A stretch of DNA of 64,000 nucleotides from a virus: the IMG/VR virus record IMGVR_UViG_3300029441_000005, positions 1 to 64,000 of that record. One strand, 5' to 3'. Under the pieces are notes generated by a model. That model searched no databases. It worked only from the letters and a program-made list of their open reading frames with translations, and was not told the DNA's origin. Positions 25,481 to 32,615 of the stretch are shown piece after piece. Position 1 is the first letter of the stretch, and every line of letters starts with the position of its first letter. The position numbers and the translations under genes were made by a program.

Positions 25481-25563
25481 TACTCGGAGCGGGAATCGAA
25501 CCCGCAAGGTCAATGACCGTCAGAGCTTAAATCTGATGAGTTTACCTATTTCTCCATCCGAGC
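25481..25563 (-). tRNA. tRNA-Leu (anticodon UAA), type II with long variable arm
   Basis: The minus strand reads GCTCGGA-TG-...-TCAGA-TTTAAGC-TCTGA-CGGTCATTGACCTTG-GCGGG-TTCGATT-CCCGC-TCCGAGT-A. No CCA is encoded. Confidence 0.85.
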
Positions 25564-25569
25564 AATAAA

Positions 25570-25593
25570 AATGAGGAGTTATCAGTACTCCTC
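25570..25593 (-). terminator. hairpin plus T-run inside the tRNA cluster
   Basis: 7-bp stem gaggagt/actcctc with a 7-nt loop, followed on the minus strand by ATTTTTATT. It lies immediately 5' of tRNA-Leu. Confidence 0.4.
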
Positions 25594-25774
25594 TAAACTG
25601 GCCGCTGACAAGATATTACCTCTAGAAAGATATCTCACCATTACAGTATCAATTAAGCATCTTATACTTTATACTTATTTAGGTGTTTTTCCTAAAGGGA
25701 GATACTTACCTTTAGTAATATGATTGATCAGTTCATATTCTCACCCAAATATACCATCTGCTTTTCAATGGTAG

Positions 25775-25849
25775 TACGGAAGACAGGATTCGAACCTGCG
25801 ACCCCTTGCTCCCAAAGCAAGTACACTAACCGGACTGTGCTACTTCCGT
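25775..25849 (-). tRNA. tRNA-Pro (anticodon UGG)
   Basis: The minus strand reads ACGGAAG-TA-GCAC-AGTCCGGTTA-GTGT-A-CTTGC-TTTGGGA-GCAAG-GGGTC-GCAGG-TTCGAAT-CCTGT-CTTCCGT-A. Confidence 0.85.
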
Positions 25850-25938
25850 AAATTAGGTACCAGTCTATATCCCTACCGTCCAGTACCTGGGAATGAATCA
25901 GGACTCGTTGTCCACAGCGCAAAATAAAGATTCATTAG

Positions 25939-26012
<74 letters not shown>

Positions 26013-26016
26013 GGTT

Positions 26017-26086
26017 GAAGGTAACGGCCTTTACTACTAATCTCGGTATGACAGAAAAGAAACTAAGTTCAACCACCGTTACCTTC
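26017..26086 (-). other. perfect 11-bp long-range stem between the ThyA-like gene and the tRNA cluster
   Basis: gaaggtaacgg (26017-26027) pairs with ccgttaccttc (26076-26086), enclosing 48 nt. No T-loop is present, so it is not a tRNA. Confidence 0.4.
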
Positions 26087-26090
26087 TTTG

Positions 26091-26864
26091 TTACCTTAAT
26101 TCGGTCTGGATAGAAGTTTTGAGTTTTACCCAGTCCTTTTTATAACTATGCAAACTATCAATAGTATGATAGAGATAACCAGGTTTGGTACCCACTTCTC
26201 TAGCTACGTATTCCATTAGTTTCCATGCCAAGTATACATCATTTCCAAAGTGAGTTACAAAATCTGATGATCTTTGGTGATAGCAAATATTTAATTGCTT
26301 TTCACCTCGGGCATTCTCCCGTATTAGGAAGTCGTAGTACATTGAACATGGGATGCGCATCTTACCATCCAGGCTTTCAGCATCTGAATATTCTACCTGC
26401 CCATCTTCACCATAGATATTAAGTATGGCTTTACGAGTATCGTTATCATCCTTGAGCAGACCTATAACAGCCTGTAACTTGGTCATTACAATCCCATTAT
26501 ACCTTACTACCTCATTCATTCTCTCTGAATAAGTATAGTCGAAGTACCTACCATTTACAAGAAACTCCCCCCATATTTCAGGACGTAATTTCCAAGCTTC
26601 TCCTGGGTTAATTTGTCCCGGATGGATCCTTTCCTGGAACTCGGCATCTGCCCAATCTTTGGATTGGGTGAATACAAATAGGGGAGCCGGGTCTTCCATG
26701 TGAGTTAAACAGTACTGTTCACATATCAATTCTTTAGTAATAAAGTCATCTTTGCCTTCGATAACTTTATTCTGATAGGTACGGGGTTTTACCTCATTAC
26801 CCATCTCACAAAGATTACGAGCTGTTTCTGACATTAACTCATACGGGTTCGAATATATTCTCAT
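26091..26864 (-). CDS. ThyA-superfamily pyrimidine C5-transferase, dCMP hydroxymethylase-like
   Basis: DTRKAILNIY (compare T4 gp42 DSRRGIMIY), catalytic-Cys motif IPCSMYYDFLIRE, YHQRSSDFVTHFGNDVYLAW (compare gp42 MRSNDVVFGFRNDYAW) and SLHSY (compare SLHVY). The specificity position is Asp, as in gp42, not Asn as in ThyA. Confidence 0.7.
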   Translation of the reverse strand: MRIYSNPYELMSETARNLCEMGNEVKPRTYQNKVIEGKDDFITKELICEQYCLTHMEDPAPLFVFTQSKDWADAEFQERIHPGQINPGEAWKLRPEIWGEFLVNGRYFDYTYSERMNEVVRYNGIVMTKLQAVIGLLKDDNDTRKAILNIYGEDGQVEYSDAESLDGKMRIPCSMYYDFLIRENARGEKQLNICYHQRSSDFVTHFGNDVYLAWKLMEYVAREVGTKPGYLYHTIDSLHSYKKDWVKLKTSIQTELR

Positions 26865-27061
26865 TGTTCGTGATTTTTAATATATTTTCTTATAGATTTT
26901 CGTAGTTCTTTTAGGTCCTGAATATTCATGTTGGGAAGACCTACCCAATAATTAACATTGGTACATACATATAACTCTATGTCCCTGCCATTCCTATCAG
27001 GATATTTACCCTTGAATATCTTTACTCCAAAATAGGGTTTATCTTTCCTCTCGTACTTCAC
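26861..27061 (-). CDS. hypothetical small protein
   Basis: 66-aa ORF whose C-terminus NMNIQDLKELRKSIRKYIKN is shared with the next small ORF. Confidence 0.45.
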   Translation of the reverse strand: MKYERKDKPYFGVKIFKGKYPDRNGRDIELYVCTNVNYWVGLPNMNIQDLKELRKSIRKYIKNHEQ

Positions 27062-27218
27062 TTAGATACCTCCTTATCTTTCTTTTAAGTTGCCTTAAAT
27101 CCTTTACACTGATATTGGCCACGGTATTGAATAACCACCCATCATCCGTGGAGAAAGTTATATCTATATCTCCTCCGAGTTTACTGGTGTAAGGAGATTT
27201 CTTTACCTCTATTTTCAT
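27039..27218 (-). CDS. hypothetical small protein (below the ORF-track cutoff), paralogue of 26861-27061
   Basis: 59 codons, MKIEVKKSPYTSKLGGDIDITFSTDDGWLFNTVANISVKDLRQLKRKIRRYLSEVREER. It fills the gap between annotated ORFs. Confidence 0.4.
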   Translation of the reverse strand: MKIEVKKSPYTSKLGGDIDITFSTDDGWLFNTVANISVKDLRQLKRKIRRYLSEVREER

Positions 27219-27254
27219 TGCATTGGTATTTGCAATTCAATAGACTTCCCTATA

Positions 27255-28043
27255 TTAGAATGGTAGCCAGTCTTCACTACCGAGTGTACAATCCTTTGCC
27301 AGTGTTTTGGGATATTTGAATAATTCTGGTCTGAGTACTTTCAATGCTCTTTTATGTACCTTATACTTTATCTTGTCAGGGTCTACTTTAAGTAGATACT
27401 TCAACCTATCATACCAATTACCATCATATATACCAAGCTTATCACTAAGCTTTAATAGGTCTTCATGAGCATGATACATTAGTAATACAGTATCATCGTT
27501 GAATATCTGACTGAAGTGTATTGATACATGGAATTTCTGTCCGATAGGGAATAAGTATTCCCCTATCCTTTGAATCAGTAATAGGTCACAGATAAGTCTT
27601 TTGGTTACCTCTGATGCCCTCATGAATACCGTTATCATAGGGTAATCCATACCTGCTTTCTTTGATACAGTTAGAGACAACAAGCAATTCTTGCCATGAG
27701 CATGCTTATTATCAAACTGATAGCCTATGTTGAATATCTTCCTTGAGTTTAAGGCTTTTACTACTTCCTGCCTTAAATCAATTATACCGTTTTCATTCAC
27801 ATAATTTGCTACCAAAGACTTCCACTTAGCTGAAGTGTAATTGAAATGCCTGCCGAAATCGAATTCAGGATCTACCAGAGGTTCTTTAATATAGATGACT
27901 AAATCATTTAAGTATTGTGCTTTACCAATTCTTTCAATATCCAAACCGGGAGTATTGAAAAGGAATAATCTGTTAAGTCCCTCCCAAGCTTTCATACTTG
28001 TTTTGAACTTCAACAGGTTATTCTTTAACTTAAACTTACTCAT
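27255..28043 (-). CDS. unknown enzyme-like protein, paralogue A (remote ThyA-like motif order)
   Basis: Shares these motifs with 28036-29025: AWE, DPEFDFGxxFxYTxxKWxxLxxNY, IGYxFxxxHxxGKxCL, ITVxxRxSExxxRLxxDxLL and NDxTxLLxY. Confidence 0.6.
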   Translation of the reverse strand: MSKFKLKNNLLKFKTSMKAWEGLNRLFLFNTPGLDIERIGKAQYLNDLVIYIKEPLVDPEFDFGRHFNYTSAKWKSLVANYVNENGIIDLRQEVVKALNSRKIFNIGYQFDNKHAHGKNCLLSLTVSKKAGMDYPMITVFMRASEVTKRLICDLLLIQRIGEYLFPIGQKFHVSIHFSQIFNDDTVLLMYHAHEDLLKLSDKLGIYDGNWYDRLKYLLKVDPDKIKYKVHKRALKVLRPELFKYPKTLAKDCTLGSEDWLPF

Positions 28044-29025
28044 CTGTTTCAGGAGTTAATTCACTGTCATCCATATCGTCTTCTTCTGAAGAGGAGAATG
28101 ATATCAACTTCTTCCTTTTCTTCTCCCCACTTTCCTCTAGCTTTAGTTTGAGACCATACTTTTCGGTGAACTTTAAGTAGGTCTTTTTTATCATGTTACG
28201 CTTGAGGATAGAGGGACATACCTCGGGCAATGGGATACCATCCCAATCTCCAATTTCTAAGGCTGAGGCTAACATAGATTTCTGTTTATACCCCAAATCT
28301 TTCCTTAATACCTTGAAAGCTCTGAAACTGTTACCATAGGTTTTATAACCTGCTTCATCGCTTGTCATAAGTTTTTTGAGAGATTTACGTATCTTCTTTC
28401 TACGTACTTCATCGGTACAGTTCTCTTTCAATAACTCCTTAATATCTTTTCGATTCTGATACAGCAAGATTGTAGTATCATTTGCCCAAGCTGCTTTGAT
28501 AACCAACTTTAGAGAGAAGTTATCATGGCCATAAATATACTGACCCATACGGCAGAATAGTAGCATATCTATGGGCAACCTTGTAACTATCTCTGAAGAT
28601 CGGAGTATTACTGTTATATCAGGATTTTCAACTCCTATCTTACGAGAGAATATACCGCCCACCAAGCATCCCTTACCACTGCCATGATTATCAGCAAAAT
28701 GGAATCCAATGTGATAATTCCTGTTTACTGTCTTGTTCTCTTCTAACTTCCTTATCATCAGTTTGGCCTGATCAAGTACATCCAAATCCAAGTAGTTGGT
28801 AATTAAACCAGTCCACTTAGTCATGGTGTACCCAAACATCTTACCGAAGTCAAAGTCAGGGTTAAATTTAGCCTCAGCTATTTCTACCATCAAGTCGTAT
28901 GTAAAAAGAGAATCGGTTAAGTTATAACCAATTCCTTCACAAAACCAGTCGGGTTTCTTGATTAAGAAATTTTCCAGTATCTTTTCCCAAGCTTCTATTG
29001 GGTTCTTAGCTTTTACCAAATTCAT
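28036..29025 (-). CDS. unknown enzyme-like protein, paralogue B, with acidic Ser-rich tail
   Basis: The start was moved to ATG 29025 (MNLVKAKNPIEAWEKI...), adjacent to the stop of the upstream gene. The motifs are the same as in paralogue A. Confidence 0.6.
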   Translation of the reverse strand: MNLVKAKNPIEAWEKILENFLIKKPDWFCEGIGYNLTDSLFTYDLMVEIAEAKFNPDFDFGKMFGYTMTKWTGLITNYLDLDVLDQAKLMIRKLEENKTVNRNYHIGFHFADNHGSGKGCLVGGIFSRKIGVENPDITVILRSSEIVTRLPIDMLLFCRMGQYIYGHDNFSLKLVIKAAWANDTTILLYQNRKDIKELLKENCTDEVRRKKIRKSLKKLMTSDEAGYKTYGNSFRAFKVLRKDLGYKQKSMLASALEIGDWDGIPLPEVCPSILKRNMIKKTYLKFTEKYGLKLKLEESGEKKRKKLISFSSSEEDDMDDSELTPETDE

Positions 29026-29026
29026 A

Positions 29027-29938
29027 CTAATACTTCGATTTTTGACGGAACATATTGATACGGTTCTTCTTGAAATAGATGTAGAATACATCATCTGAAC
29101 CCATACCTATCCATCCCAAATACCCACAGAAGTAGATGAAGGCCTTCACTAATTCCGACTGATACTTTAACTCCTGAGTCATTACCTGGGATTGCTTCCA
29201 GGGTTTATTCTTCAGGAAGTTACGAGCAATGTTCAGATGATGGGTTATCTTCCATAACAGATATGGGTAGTTTACTAAGTACTCTACATAATTGAAGTAT
29301 CTACCTCCCTCGAGTAACTTTGTGTTATAGTCCAGATGTGTTTCTGAATCCATGTTCTCGTACCACTTGATAAGGTCTGTGGCATTGTTGTGTAAGATAA
29401 CACTGATATCTCCCTTGACCATTATCCACATTACCCCGAGATTCATTGCTGTACGCAGAATATCATCGTGGTTCTTGTTTAGAGAATCTACCACTGATTG
29501 AGTACAATGGTTGTCCTTTACCCACTTCTCCATATATGTCATTATATCCTCTGGTTGGATATTGGCATATATAAGCAGTTCTATAAAGAAGTGGATTGCA
29601 TCGGCGTTCTCTTCGTTAGCATTCTGCAGATTATTGAGTATCTCTGTATACTCTATGCAATCTCCTTGGGTTTGTACCAACTTGGCATGATTGGCTTCGA
29701 ATAAAGCCATAACATTTTCGAAAGATTCATATCCTTCGGATAACTCCTCAATAACCCGGGCAGTAAAGTCCTTCAATAGTGTTTGAGAAGCCTTTGTATT
29801 GATGTCTACCGGATACTGTGGTAGCCCCTCTATGCCTATATACCCAGACAAGAGGTTCTTTTGCATTTGATATATCTCTTCTAGATACTTATGGTCGGGA
29901 ATTATACCCGGTTCTTCTTTTATATCGCGACTATCCAT
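29027..29938 (-). CDS. all-alpha NTP pyrophosphohydrolase (dimeric dUTPase/dCTPase or MazG-like)
   Basis: The start was moved to ATG 29938 (MDSRDIKEE...). The motifs ARVIEELSEGYE and ENADAIHFFIELLIY resemble the E-x-x-E / E-x-x-D metal-binding helices of the dimeric dUTPase-dCTPase family. Confidence 0.5.
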   Translation of the reverse strand: MDSRDIKEEPGIIPDHKYLEEIYQMQKNLLSGYIGIEGLPQYPVDINTKASQTLLKDFTARVIEELSEGYESFENVMALFEANHAKLVQTQGDCIEYTEILNNLQNANEENADAIHFFIELLIYANIQPEDIMTYMEKWVKDNHCTQSVVDSLNKNHDDILRTAMNLGVMWIMVKGDISVILHNNATDLIKWYENMDSETHLDYNTKLLEGGRYFNYVEYLVNYPYLLWKITHHLNIARNFLKNKPWKQSQVMTQELKYQSELVKAFIYFCGYLGWIGMGSDDVFYIYFKKNRINMFRQKSKY

Positions 29939-29942
29939 GGTC

Positions 29943-30518
29943 TTACTTGTTATCGTGTGCTCCGAATCCTTTGTCTCCTCTTGTACCCCAGTTCTTTGCC
30001 TTCTCTTCGTACTCTTCATTGGTAATCTCTACCGGAGTTGAAAGTATGATGGGAACGTGTACGAATTGCATTATTTTCTTACCTTGGTTCAGAGGAATAC
30101 AAACCTCTTCGGGTGAACCGTTATGAATACCTATGTGCATTTCCCCAGTATAAGGGCTATCCACTATCTCGGCAGTGAACGACAAACCCTCTTTAGTTGC
30201 AATCCCAGATTTATTTGCTGCCATGAGCATGGACTCTTTTGGATTGATAAGTACCTTTATACCAGAAGGGATGAGAAGTCTTCCACCTGGCTTAATTACC
30301 ACATGTACATCATCAGTACCCAACCCATTTAGTTTGATGTAACCTTTACCTAACATCTTCCGATTGATACCGGAAAAGTCATCCTTACCTTTCTCCCCAA
30401 CCTTAAGAATATCTTGGTCGGATAACTGAGGAATGTAGAAATCAAGCCCTGCATCCCCCTCATTTGCTCGGTTAGGGGATTTAACCTCTCGAATCTTTGT
30501 GAACTCTAATTGTACCAT
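29943..30518 (-). CDS. dut: trimeric dUTPase-fold enzyme
   Basis: Motif 1 GDAGLD, motif 2 NKSGIA, motif 3 IVDSPYTGEM, motif 4 KIMQFV and motif 5 RGDKGFG. There is a large insertion after motif 1. Confidence 0.8.
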   Translation of the reverse strand: MVQLEFTKIREVKSPNRANEGDAGLDFYIPQLSDQDILKVGEKGKDDFSGINRKMLGKGYIKLNGLGTDDVHVVIKPGGRLLIPSGIKVLINPKESMLMAANKSGIATKEGLSFTAEIVDSPYTGEMHIGIHNGSPEEVCIPLNQGKKIMQFVHVPIILSTPVEITNEEYEEKAKNWGTRGDKGFGAHDNK

Positions 30519-30519
30519 G

Positions 30520-30921
30520 TTATTTACTGTTGAATTTACGATAAATGTCTCTTGCTTCCTTTCGGGATAACTCGAACTTACTCTGAAGCTTATCGAGTAT
30601 TTCCTTCTTACCCAGTTTTTCTCTTACCAATTTACGGTAGTACTTTTTACAACCTTCTATATCTACCAAAGGTTCCAAATCCTTGAACTGGGTTTCTGCT
30701 TCCAGCTCTTTACGAGTCTTACCCATAAGAGCTGTGAACTTAATACAACAGAGTTCGGAATCTCCGCACATCTTACATTCCTTGGTTGAAAGGTCATAGT
30801 GTTTACCGAAACATGGATCTTGTCCTGAACCAAGTTTGGTGATGTCTATAGGTTCAAGAATATCCCCAGTCTCTAACTCCTTTCTTACTTCCTTAAGTTT
30901 GTCTTTCTTTTTCTTCGCCAT
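30520..30921 (-). CDS. Cys-rich hypothetical protein
   Basis: 133 aa with a CFGKHYDLSTKECKMCGDSELCC cluster. Confidence 0.55.
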   Translation of the reverse strand: MAKKKKDKLKEVRKELETGDILEPIDITKLGSGQDPCFGKHYDLSTKECKMCGDSELCCIKFTALMGKTRKELEAETQFKDLEPLVDIEGCKKYYRKLVREKLGKKEILDKLQSKFELSRKEARDIYRKFNSK

Positions 30922-30928
30922 ATATTTG
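30898..30928 (+). promoter_or_regulatory. plus-strand promoter-like box pointing into the palindromic intergenic region
   Basis: The plus strand reads TTTGtctttctttttcttcgccaTATATTTGatag, with a 19-nt spacer. It lies inside the 5' end of the minus-strand gene 30520-30921, and no plus-strand ORF lies downstream. Confidence 0.4.
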
Positions 30929-31082
30929 ATAGTTTGATATCAAGTGATAGTTAATAGGTATTTCAGTGTCATTGATGTAGAATAGTATATGCACTAACTT
31001 TCTGGTTCACCCTTATACGTGCGTGCGTATTTATATTTAAGCTTTAGCTTAAGTTAATACTTACTAAGTAAGTTAAGTATAA

Positions 31083-31108
31083 GTTTATATAGCTTTAGCT
31101 ATATAAAC
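31083..31108. repeat. inverted repeat, 12-bp arms with a 2-nt spacer
   Basis: The sequence is gtttatatagct-tt-agctatataaac. The core agctttagct also occurs at 31040-31049, inside ttaagct-tt-agcttaa. Confidence 0.85.
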
Positions 31109-31144
31109 CTCTATTAGTATTTAGTATACTAAATACTAATAGAG
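31109..31144. repeat. perfect 36-bp palindrome
   Basis: ctctattagtatttagta|tactaaatactaatagag; every position was checked for complementarity. Confidence 0.9.
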
Positions 31145-31181
31145 TTATAAGTGTGGGTATATACGTGCGCATATATGCGTA

Positions 31182-32612
31182 TTACCCTTCCACTCTGATT
31201 ACCTTTAATTTTTCTTTCTGATAATACATTCGTCTATGGTTACCATGTCTCTTTAGATAATTACCCGGGAATTGAAGATCGTCAAGATAGGCTTTTTTCT
31301 TGTTCATGTGAGTTCGTGCAAGACGTCCCAATATCTGTATGGATTTTTCATTAGAATCCATTGATGCAGTATTCTGCAGATATTTTAATTCAGGGAAGTT
31401 TTGACCTCTAGAAATAATCGTGGTAGCTATTAGTATATCGATTTTACCTTCTCTAAAAGCTTGTAGAATTTCATCACGCCCTTTGGTATTATGATGTACA
31501 TATTGTATGTTGTATTGATTCCCGAGATGTTTAACATAATACCGGTAAAGATTTTCACAATGACCTATAAACTTACATACTATCAAAGCTGGTAATCTCT
31601 TTCTACCAATGTTATACTTGGTACGATCAAGGGATAGTTTCCAAGCTTTAACATTATCTGATATCACTTCCTTGTATTCTGTTGAGTAATCCACATCTTT
31701 AGAGTACTTAAAGGGAGCATATACCAACTTGCAAGTAATAGGGGTAGAATACCCTTTCTCTATCATATCACTTAATTTTATCTGGTTAACCTTATCACCA
31801 ATAAATGACATGATATTCAGGTTATGTATTAACTTCTTCTTCTGATTACTCATGTAGATGGTACCACTCAAACCTACTCGTATTCTAGAGTTATACAGAT
31901 GTTGTATTACTGTTTTATATGTTTTATTATCTATCACGTCAGCCTCATCTATAAGTACCATATCTATTTCTGATAAGAATTTTTGGTACCTACTTATATT
32001 TGAGGCAAGAGACTGTACCATGCACACATTAAAGTTACCCCAGTCATTGCACTTACTTCCCTGTATGAATGCAACCTTTTCACCGGGTAACAGTTCTGGA
32101 ATCTCTTTTTTGAACTGCTTAAATAAGTCTGCACTGTTCAACAACAATACAGTTTTCAATTTCCTCTTGAAAGCCTGGTGTAATCCACAGAACACCAAAG
32201 TCTTTCCGAAATTAACTGCCAAATCAGATGCACAGATAAGAAAAGGAGTATCTCCAACTCGATTATTTAGAATCTTTTCTAGAGCTTCTTTTTGTACTTC
32301 CCGTAATTCTTTATCTCCAAGTATTGTTGGAATTACTGGTTTAACTCCTAACTGGGGTCTATTATCTATGATTTTAACCTCCTGTCCCGTTTTAAGGCAT
32401 TCATTGTAAACCCTATTTAGAAGACCTATTTTGAATTGCCCATAATCAGAGATATATTTTACGTAACCATCCCAGTTCTTTGCCCTGCTATACATCATTA
32501 TATGCCAAGCGTCCGGATGCTTAATCCGGAACATTTCATACAACTTATTTGTGAACTTAGCAGGGCCAGATAATTCACAAACATTGCAATTCTTTATGGT
32601 TATAGTTATCAT
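31182..32612 (-). CDS. SF2 DNA helicase (DEAD/ResIII-type)
   Basis: LREVQKEAL (Q/I region), NFGKT (Walker A), LIDEAD (motif II), SGT (motif III) and the helicase-C motif ILIATTIISRGQNFPEL. Confidence 0.8.
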   Translation of the reverse strand: MITITIKNCNVCELSGPAKFTNKLYEMFRIKHPDAWHIMMYSRAKNWDGYVKYISDYGQFKIGLLNRVYNECLKTGQEVKIIDNRPQLGVKPVIPTILGDKELREVQKEALEKILNNRVGDTPFLICASDLAVNFGKTLVFCGLHQAFKRKLKTVLLLNSADLFKQFKKEIPELLPGEKVAFIQGSKCNDWGNFNVCMVQSLASNISRYQKFLSEIDMVLIDEADVIDNKTYKTVIQHLYNSRIRVGLSGTIYMSNQKKKLIHNLNIMSFIGDKVNQIKLSDMIEKGYSTPITCKLVYAPFKYSKDVDYSTEYKEVISDNVKAWKLSLDRTKYNIGRKRLPALIVCKFIGHCENLYRYYVKHLGNQYNIQYVHHNTKGRDEILQAFREGKIDILIATTIISRGQNFPELKYLQNTASMDSNEKSIQILGRLARTHMNKKKAYLDDLQFPGNYLKRHGNHRRMYYQKEKLKVIRVEG

Positions 32613-32615
32613 ACC

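Larger units (their letters stand above)
31011..31180. other. candidate replication origin: AT-rich dyad-symmetry core bracketed by direct repeats
   Basis: TATACGTGCG...GCGTATT occurs at 31014-31030 and again at 31160-31182. Between the copies are three inverted repeats and a 36-bp perfect palindrome. The region lies immediately upstream of the helicase-primase-helicase operon. Confidence 0.45.

Noticed and set aside
25463-25513. N-terminal 17 codons of track ORF 25199-25513
   Set aside because: These codons overlap the 3' half of tRNA-Leu. The internal ATG at 25462 gives a start clear of the tRNA.
25728-25922. 64-aa minus-strand ORF
   Set aside because: It overlaps tRNA-Pro (25775-25849) completely, so the open frame is a by-product of the tRNA sequence.
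26013-26090. Possible fourth tRNA next to tRNA-Met
   Set aside because: An 11-bp stem is present, but there is no GTTCRA T-loop and no cloverleaf can be drawn. It is kept only as an unexplained stem-loop.
31858-32409. 183-aa plus-strand ORF
   Set aside because: It is antisense to the SF2 helicase gene, whose motifs are all in the minus frame.
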